DNA of 64,000 bases from a virus (lineage: Duplodnaviria > Caudoviricetes). Below the pieces are notes generated by a model that was not told where the DNA came from, made no database searches, and saw nothing but the letters and a program-made list of their open reading frames with translations. Location of the stretch: IMG/VR virus record IMGVR_UViG_2595698685_000001, positions 58,025-122,024 of that record; one strand, given 5' to 3'. This document shows, one piece after another, positions 58,920 to 64,000 of the stretch; the first letter of the stretch is position 1, and the number at the start of each line of letters is the position of its first letter. The position numbers and the translations under genes were made by a program.

Positions 58920-59105
58920 TTATCCACACCCTGTATAAACATACATACCCCTAAAACTTCCTGAGACGAGTTATTAACAGGGTTATACACAGGTTATCCT
59001 ACTGTGTATTTATACAGTAGTTTCTGGTAGCAAGTTATTCTGATATACCCCTAGAACGCTCTAAACGGGACGTAGTGAGGGTTAATTTAAGGGAACATAC
59101 TAAGG
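58920..59105. repeat. Left arm of ~180-bp imperfect inverted repeat (right arm ~62865-63060), with DnaA-box and SOS-box matches
   Basis: CAGGTTATCCTACTG..TATACAGTAGTTTCTGGTAGCA is the reverse complement of 62938-62980 apart from a few central mismatches; similarity extends on both sides. Confidence 0.85.
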
Positions 59106-59128
59106 GTTAACTTTTTGGCTGGCGGCTT

Positions 59129-59160
59129 AAAAAGAAGGGCGCTTTATGATTGCGCCCCTT
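59129..59160 (-). terminator. Intrinsic terminator
   Basis: GGGCGC/GCGCCC stem + U-rich tail on minus. Confidence 0.7.
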
Positions 59161-59164
59161 GTTG

Positions 59165-59383
59165 TTAGTCCTGTAAATGGTAAGGTAATTCACTTTCAAG
59201 AATCAAGGTGATCCCCCCGATTGTGTCTGGCTTCTTAGAGCTAGGGTTATTAGCTATGATAGCCCGTATTGAGTCGTTATAGAATGGGTCACTAGTGTTC
59301 TGGCACTGTAGATACTCTAAGGTCTCATCGTCAATAATGACGTCTATCTCATTGATAACTTGTACTTTTAATAAGTTACACAT
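59165..59383 (-). CDS. Hypothetical protein
   Basis: 72 aa with GGAGG SD. Confidence 0.72.
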   Translation of the reverse strand: MCNLLKVQVINEIDVIIDDETLEYLQCQNTSDPFYNDSIRAIIANNPSSKKPDTIGGITLILESELPYHLQD

Positions 59384-59567
59384 CGCTTACCTCCCAACGA
59401 TCACACTCCCCATAACTATCGAACAGGTTTTTAAAATACCCATCATCATCTAACGTCAGCTTATCAAAATGCCCGCCTGCAACTAACGCTCTGTTTTCGT
59501 CAGTATCGGGAACCATAAACACGTTCACTTCTTCCCTTATCTGTTTGATTCTAATCATGTTAGACAT
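59376..59567 (-). CDS. Hypothetical protein
   Basis: ATG 59567 with GAGGT SD. Confidence 0.72.
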   Translation of the reverse strand: MSNMIRIKQIREEVNVFMVPDTDENRALVAGGHFDKLTLDDDGYFKNLFDSYGECDRWEVSDV

Positions 59568-59701
59568 ATCTGTTACCTCACACAAAAATTAAAAATAGGA
59601 TAAGTATTGCTACCACAACTAACAAGCTGGTGTTATGTCTGGACACCATACCCACACGGCGAACGTGTGGGTTATGCTTGCTGGTGGTCTGCCTTGCACC
59701 C

Positions 59702-60073
59702 CTAGCCATTACGAGCGCCTAGAGCGTGAACCGTACCCTTGTTTACATACATACTTTCCGTTCGTAGATTCTCAAACATGTCAAGTATTTGATCTTCCTG
59801 AACACAAACACATTCCCCTAACATATGGATGTGTGCCGTGCCGTGGTCTGCAAACTGATTTAACACGCTGTTAATAACTGCAACATTTACAACGTATGTT
59901 TCCCCAGCATAGCAGACTTTGATATGTTGGCAAGGGTAGGCGATAGCCATAGATAGCGCACGACCTAACAGGGGTACGGGAACCATGTTAATGAAGTCAT
60001 CGCCAGCGTATACACTAACGGGGCGTGGTACAGGTTTAGGTAAGCTATTGATAGATAGCATGGTTAGCTCCAT
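59702..60073 (-). CDS. Hypothetical protein
   Basis: 123-aa ORF in the leftward operon. Confidence 0.65.
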   Translation of the reverse strand: MELTMLSINSLPKPVPRPVSVYAGDDFINMVPVPLLGRALSMAIAYPCQHIKVCYAGETYVVNVAVINSVLNQFADHGTAHIHMLGECVCVQEDQILDMFENLRTESMYVNKGTVHALGARNG

Positions 60074-60582
60074 ACGATTTGGGTTACGCTACCATATGGG
60101 GCGCTAGGGATGTCGGAAATAGCAGCCTGTATAAAGCCGTCCACCAGCTTAATATTTTCCTTGCTATCGCCTGCCATAGCAAACCCTAACGCCTGCGTGT
60201 CAATGGTTAAAGTAACCCCGTCTAGTGTAGCAATGCCAGCCTCAATAAGCACGTCAAGCAATGCCGCCTCATCGCCACCGCCTGCCGTGTACCCCATATG
60301 ATAGCGTGGGTCAAAGTGGTAGGCTACGCCGCACACATTTTCGTTAGGTATCCATTCGCCGGTTTCTTCATCTTCTTCCCCGTCATAACCCCAGCTACTA
60401 GCGTGCTCCATAGCTAACTCGTGGAGGTCACGCAAAATGTCAGAACCTTCAAGGTAGTAGGTAAGCTCTGTGGAGTCGGAACCACAATAACCAGTACATA
60501 GGCTTTGCAAAACTATAACCGTATGTGTGGGGGTGTCCTCAATACAAACAGAACGTTCAGCATCTTTATAAGATAAACCCAT
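60064..60582 (-). CDS. Hypothetical acidic protein
   Basis: ATG 60582 with GAGGT SD, just after a boxA copy. Confidence 0.75.
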   Translation of the reverse strand: MGLSYKDAERSVCIEDTPTHTVIVLQSLCTGYCGSDSTELTYYLEGSDILRDLHELAMEHASSWGYDGEEDEETGEWIPNENVCGVAYHFDPRYHMGYTAGGGDEAALLDVLIEAGIATLDGVTLTIDTQALGFAMAGDSKENIKLVDGFIQAAISDIPSAPYGSVTQIVWS

Positions 60583-60614
60583 TGTAAACCTCACTTTATT
60601 AAAGAGCGGATAAG

Positions 60615-60638
60615 AAAAAAGCCCCAATTAGGGGCTTT
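60615..60638 (-). terminator. Intrinsic terminator
   Basis: AAAGCCCC/GGGGCTTT + U6 on minus. Confidence 0.78.
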
Positions 60639-60670
60639 AGTGTATCACAGCTAGACTACGCTATGCAAGA

Positions 60671-61633
60671 TTATTCTTCACCGCCAGAAAGCGCTTTCAG
60701 CTTGTCAGCGCCTACGCTGTTAATAGCTTCATTGATCATGCCTTCGATATCGAAAGACTGAATGATTTCGAGTGCCGCCGCCTGCATTGCTGCGTCAGAC
60801 AGCACGACCGCCGCGCGATTGCTGGAAGCGTACTGCGATACGGCGAACGCAAACAGGTTAGCGATAACCGCTTTACCTACAGGCGTATCGATGTAGCCCT
60901 TAATCACGAAAGGTGAACGGTTTTTAACCAGTGTAGTTACCTGATTCAGAACAACACGGCCAGCTTCCAGTTTAGCAGCGGTGATAGCAGCGGTTTTGTT
61001 TGCAGATACGATAGCGGTTACTTTAGACATAGTTTGATTTCCTGTTTCAGTTTGATTAGCGCCAGTAGTGGCGGTGGTGGTAGTTTGCGCCTGAGCGGTT
61101 ACAGTGTCAAGCGTTAATTTCAAATCAATTTCAGTATTATCTTGTCCAGAAGAATTACGGGTAAGACTGTATGCCTTTTCACCCTTGTATACCAGTACAT
61201 GCATAGAACCTGATACGCCAGACAATGCACAATCTTGGAATTGCGAGGTAGTATAAACACCGGCTTCACCGTCGCGGGTACTTGAGATTTCTAGCTTGCT
61301 ACCAGTATTGCGAATAATGATAGCGTCGTGCTTGTTGCCGCTATCATACGGCTTTATCAGCCAGCTTGACTCACTATAGGCGTACACGGCGCTACCTTCA
61401 CCAAATGTGTACGCTAGGGCTAACAGTACATCAGCATATCCGCCGTCACTGTAGACGGTGCGCAATTCTTCACTAGAGCGCAACATATCACTAAGTAGTG
61501 TACCGTTGCGTGCGGTTTCAGTGTTACGGTATTCGCGGGACGAACTAACGTCACCACGTAACAGATTAGTCACCGCACGCTTACCAACGGAACCGCCAGC
61601 GATATCATTTTCATAGACTCTTAACTTAGCCAT
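60671..61633 (-). CDS. Pre-early hypothetical protein (possible internal start at 61030)
   Basis: 320 aa; Thr-rich linker, then a helical C-terminal domain with its own SD. Confidence 0.8.
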   Translation of the reverse strand: MAKLRVYENDIAGGSVGKRAVTNLLRGDVSSSREYRNTETARNGTLLSDMLRSSEELRTVYSDGGYADVLLALAYTFGEGSAVYAYSESSWLIKPYDSGNKHDAIIIRNTGSKLEISSTRDGEAGVYTTSQFQDCALSGVSGSMHVLVYKGEKAYSLTRNSSGQDNTEIDLKLTLDTVTAQAQTTTTATTGANQTETGNQTMSKVTAIVSANKTAAITAAKLEAGRVVLNQVTTLVKNRSPFVIKGYIDTPVGKAVIANLFAFAVSQYASSNRAAVVLSDAAMQAAALEIIQSFDIEGMINEAINSVGADKLKALSGGEE

Positions 61634-61666
61634 TTTTTGATTACCTTGTGTTGTTTGGGAGTCGCT

Positions 61667-61695
61667 ATATTATTCGTACCAAATCACGAATGCAA
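61667..61695 (-). promoter_or_regulatory. Pre-early promoter
   Basis: TTGCAT-17-TAATAT on minus; divergent TGGTATGAT extended -10 at 61717-61725 on plus. Confidence 0.7.
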
Positions 61696-61745
61696 CTAGT
61701 TTTTTATATTGGTTATGGTATGATGTAGTCCTACTAACTGAGGAG

Positions 61746-62117
61746 GTGTCTAGCATGAAACGTTCAATTCTTGCAATAACCCTAGCGTTATCAACGTGTT
61801 CCGGCTTCCAGCCTGCATATGCTGGGGTAGATGGAATATCTGTAGTGTTTGAGTGTGAAGGTAAATCAAACGTTATGACAATCACCAAACACGGTAACAT
61901 GTTTATGGACGGTGACGGGGAAATTGTTATACCTAACTCCCCTGTAGGGTCTACCCTGAAACAGATAGACGGGGGAATAACCCTAGCTGTAGTAGGCGAT
62001 GGGTATCGCACCGTAGGGATAACGTTCAAGGCAGGCCGTAGCATGGTGTTACTGAATGATGATGGTGACGCTAAAGTATGTGTTATGAGAAAATTCCTTA
62101 CAGGGGTTGACAAATGA
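61746..62117 (+). CDS. Hypothetical exported protein
   Basis: MKRSILAITLALSTCSGFQPAYA signal-peptide-like N-terminus; GAGGAGGT SD (true start may be the ATG a few codons in). Confidence 0.75.
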   Translation: MSSMKRSILAITLALSTCSGFQPAYAGVDGISVVFECEGKSNVMTITKHGNMFMDGDGEIVIPNSPVGSTLKQIDGGITLAVVGDGYRTVGITFKAGRSMVLLNDDGDAKVCVMRKFLTGVDK

Positions 62118-62338
62118 AAACTTTATGTGACCACGTTGTAAGGGTAGAGAATAGGGAAGAAGCGTTTATGGCGGCATGTACCATGCTGGCTAAGATTACT
62201 CTCAGGGGTAATAAAGGTGAAGCTGAATGGCATTGGTCTTTTGACCTTGAGCGGCATGATCAATTTCCCTGCATCATCACATATTGCGCTAAGGGTTTAG
62301 GTCACGTAGACGAAAAACTCATATTTAACAAGGTGTAA
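62114..62338 (+). CDS. Hypothetical protein
   Basis: 74 aa, ATGA overlap with the previous gene. Confidence 0.72.
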   Translation: MKTLCDHVVRVENREEAFMAACTMLAKITLRGNKGEAEWHWSFDLERHDQFPCIITYCAKGLGHVDEKLIFNKV

Positions 62339-62342
62339 TGAT

Positions 62343-62441
62343 ATGTCTACCAGTGAAGCTATTGTGCTAGGATTGGTTACTGTGGTTTGCTGTGTTGGCG
62401 GGGTAGCGTTCTTCATTTACGGCATGGTATTACAGGGGTAA
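62343..62441 (+). CDS. 32-aa single-TM micropeptide
   Basis: MSTSEAIVLGLVTVVCCVGGVAFFIYGMVLQG; AAGGT SD. Confidence 0.6.
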   Translation: MSTSEAIVLGLVTVVCCVGGVAFFIYGMVLQG

Positions 62442-62443
62442 AC

Positions 62444-62578
62444 ATGAAAATATCCATCTATAGAATCATCGGGGCTGTGGTGTTAGGTTGTCTAGTGGCT
62501 GTGGGCGTGTTTCTAGGGGTATTAGCTTTCGTGGTATGCCTCAGTCTGATAGACGCAGGTATAAGGAGTATGTTTTGA
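62444..62578 (+). CDS. 44-aa single-TM micropeptide
   Basis: MKISIYRIIGAVVLGCLVAVGVFLGVLAFVVCLSLIDAGIRSMF; AGGGG SD. Confidence 0.65.
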   Translation: MKISIYRIIGAVVLGCLVAVGVFLGVLAFVVCLSLIDAGIRSMF

Positions 62579-62691
62579 AAAAACTTAAACAGCTTATTGA
62601 TTATTGGGGGTATCCTACGTTTAGTATATTTGTACTAGTATGGGTAGTAGGAATAAGCAGCATAGTAGCAAACATAAGGGGCATGTTTTGA
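62575..62691 (+). CDS. 38-aa single-TM micropeptide
   Basis: TTG start in a TTGA overlap with AAGGAG SD; MKKLKQLIDYWGYPTFSIFVLVWVVGISSIVANIRGMF. Confidence 0.62.
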   Translation: MKKLKQLIDYWGYPTFSIFVLVWVVGISSIVANIRGMF

Positions 62692-62813
62692 AACACTGGC
62701 TAGAAGTTGTTACTACCATATCGGGGTTTATGGCACTGGGTATAGTGTGTGCATCGATATCAGTAGGGGCGCTTATTTTTATTGTTATAAGTATGTTAAA
62801 GCTAATAGCTTAA
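62688..62813 (+). CDS. 41-aa single-TM micropeptide
   Basis: TTG start in a TTGA overlap with AAGGGG SD; MKHWLEVVTTISGFMALGIVCASISVGALIFIVISMLKLIA; terminator follows. Confidence 0.62.
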   Translation: MKHWLEVVTTISGFMALGIVCASISVGALIFIVISMLKLIA

Positions 62814-62816
62814 GTT

Positions 62817-62841
62817 AACCCGCTCAGGCGGGTTTTCTTTT
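62817..62841 (+). terminator. Intrinsic terminator
   Basis: AACCCGC/GCGGGTT + T tract. Confidence 0.8.
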
Positions 62842-63234
62842 GGCCTTACCTGCGTAACCCTACACTTTAGTATGCCCAATTAATTTAAACCTCACCACGG
62901 GCTTCCTAGAGCGTTTAAACGGTACTTTAGGACAACATGCTACCAGAAACTACTGTATATTTATCCAGTAGGATAACCTGTTGATAAGTCTGTTGATAAC
63001 TCGATACAGACTGTTTAATGCGTCAAGCTAATTTACAATTCTGTATAAGTCTGTGGATAAAAATTTTAGTAGAATTTTATACGTCAAGCATTATTTTCAT
63101 TACTGTACAAACATACATACCGCTAAAACGCTCTCAAACGCTCTGTACGGCGTTCTGTAGCTAGGCTGTACCCTAGTTCAAAAACAAATAGATCTCGATT
63201 TAGCACTTTTTGCTAAGACAGTAAATTATTTTTG

Positions 63235-63298
63235 TGATTCCACAAGAAAGCGCTTGACTATTTAGATTATTTATGATTCCACAAGAAAGCGCTTGACT
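63235..63298 (+). repeat. 25-bp direct repeat x2
   Basis: TGATTCCACAAGAAAGCGCTTGACT at 63235 and 63274. Confidence 0.9.
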
Positions 63299-63332
63299 TG
63301 CCCTGCGGGGCATGATAAGCGCGGCTTTAGTG

Positions 63333-63485
63333 AATGCGAATCGTTCTCATTCGCATTCCACTTTCTAAATGAGAATGACTATCATTCGTATTCCACTTTC
63401 TAAATGAGAATCATTACCGTTTGTAAATGCGAATGATTCTCATTCGTTTTCAACTTTCTAAATGAGAATGCTTATCATTCTCATT
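63333..63485. repeat. Array of 19-bp Fur-box-like palindromes
   Basis: AATG(A/C)GAAT-N-(A/G/C)(T/C)T(C/A)TCATT-like units at 63333, 63368, 63403, 63426, 63461 (overlapping copy at 63467). Confidence 0.8.
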
Positions 63486-63502
63486 CGTATTCGCGTATAC
63501 AT

Positions 63503-63649
63503 GTGCAAATCCGACATATGTGCAAATCCGACAGTTTTCAGAAGCAGTGGAAATCCGATAATAGTGCAAATCCGACAGTTTCCATGAATAGTGCAAATCC
63601 GATGATAAAATTTGAGGCTCCGGTCTCAGGACGTAGTGAAAATCCGACA
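63503..63649 (+). repeat. Six iteron-like GTGCAAATCCGA(C/T) repeats
   Basis: Starts at 63503, 63520, 63547, 63564, 63591, 63636. Confidence 0.9.
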
Positions 63650-64000
63650 GTATTTTCAAGAGAATACTAAGAACTCTAGCAGTCTTGAGCTGCGCTCAAA
63701 GCCTGTGTTATTTACTAGAATATTGCTAGGGTTATGAGCTGGTGGGCAAGGTATTTTCAAGAATATTTAGTTGACTTTTGAGTGAGGGTATGTGAATATA
63801 TTGCTAGAGATAGTGGAAGGGAGGCGATGTGTGGGAGTTTGGGAGGTAGTCTTGAGGGTGCAGAATTCTCTTCGGGGTGAAGAAGATTCTGCGGGTTTAT
63901 GGGAGAAAATTGTAGATTGGGGGAGATTGGTTGAGTTAATGAAATATTATTCGCTTTTTGGGGGCAAAAGGATTGACAAATGAAAAAGTTCGGGGGGCGG

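Larger units (their letters stand above)
51090..64000. other. Pre-early / first-step-transfer terminal-repeat region (boundaries approximate)
   Basis: Contains dmp, A1, A2 and repeat-rich non-coding blocks, as in the T5 terminal repeat; codon usage changes near 51.2 kb. Confidence 0.75.

Noticed and set aside
58920-63060. Transposon or IS call for the inverted-repeat-flanked cassette
   Set aside because: No transposase or recombinase ORF and no evident target-site duplication
63450-63983. 69-aa (-) and 63-aa (+) ORFs in the repeat block
   Set aside because: Translations of DNA repeats or skewed sequence with no clear coding signature
1-64000. tRNA genes, rRNA, homing endonucleases, inteins, reverse transcriptase/DGR
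   Set aside because: None recognised by eye; core genes have uninterrupted normal lengths, and the 463-bp duplicate lacks adenine-specific variation. tRNAscan was not run

Overview
This window is part of a T5-like siphophage genome (Demerecviridae-type gene order). 1-21.9 kb (+ strand) is the early replication/recombination cluster: obp primase-helicase, D2, D3, PC4-like, split NAD ligase ligA/ligB, D5, D6 helicase, primase, family A DNA polymerase, D10-D15 and dUTPase. 22-49.9 kb (- strand) is the late morphogenesis operon, from terminase through capsid and tail genes to a lateral fibre. The T5 nicking-endonuclease and pb5/llp genes are not recognisable at their usual positions. The central fibre is long and is followed by a putative separate tip protein. 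From about 51 kb the window enters the pre-early/first-step-transfer terminal-repeat region (dmp, A1, A2, many small ORFs, repeat-rich non-coding blocks). The most interesting signals are non-coding. (1) A promoter-driven, ~320-nt multi-junction structured RNA lies directly upstream of obp. (2) A small branched RNA with twin CAUAGA loops and its own promoter lies between terL and portal. (3) The terminal region carries clustered matches to host Fur, LexA, DnaA and sigma54 sites inside long inverted and direct repeats. (4) The pre-early transcripts carry rrn-type boxA elements and gene-enclosing stems. (5) The tail chaperone junction has a UCC_UUU_CGU +1 frameshift motif. Protein calls rest on motifs and T5 synteny recalled from knowledge; no database search was run, and RNA helices were paired by eye.
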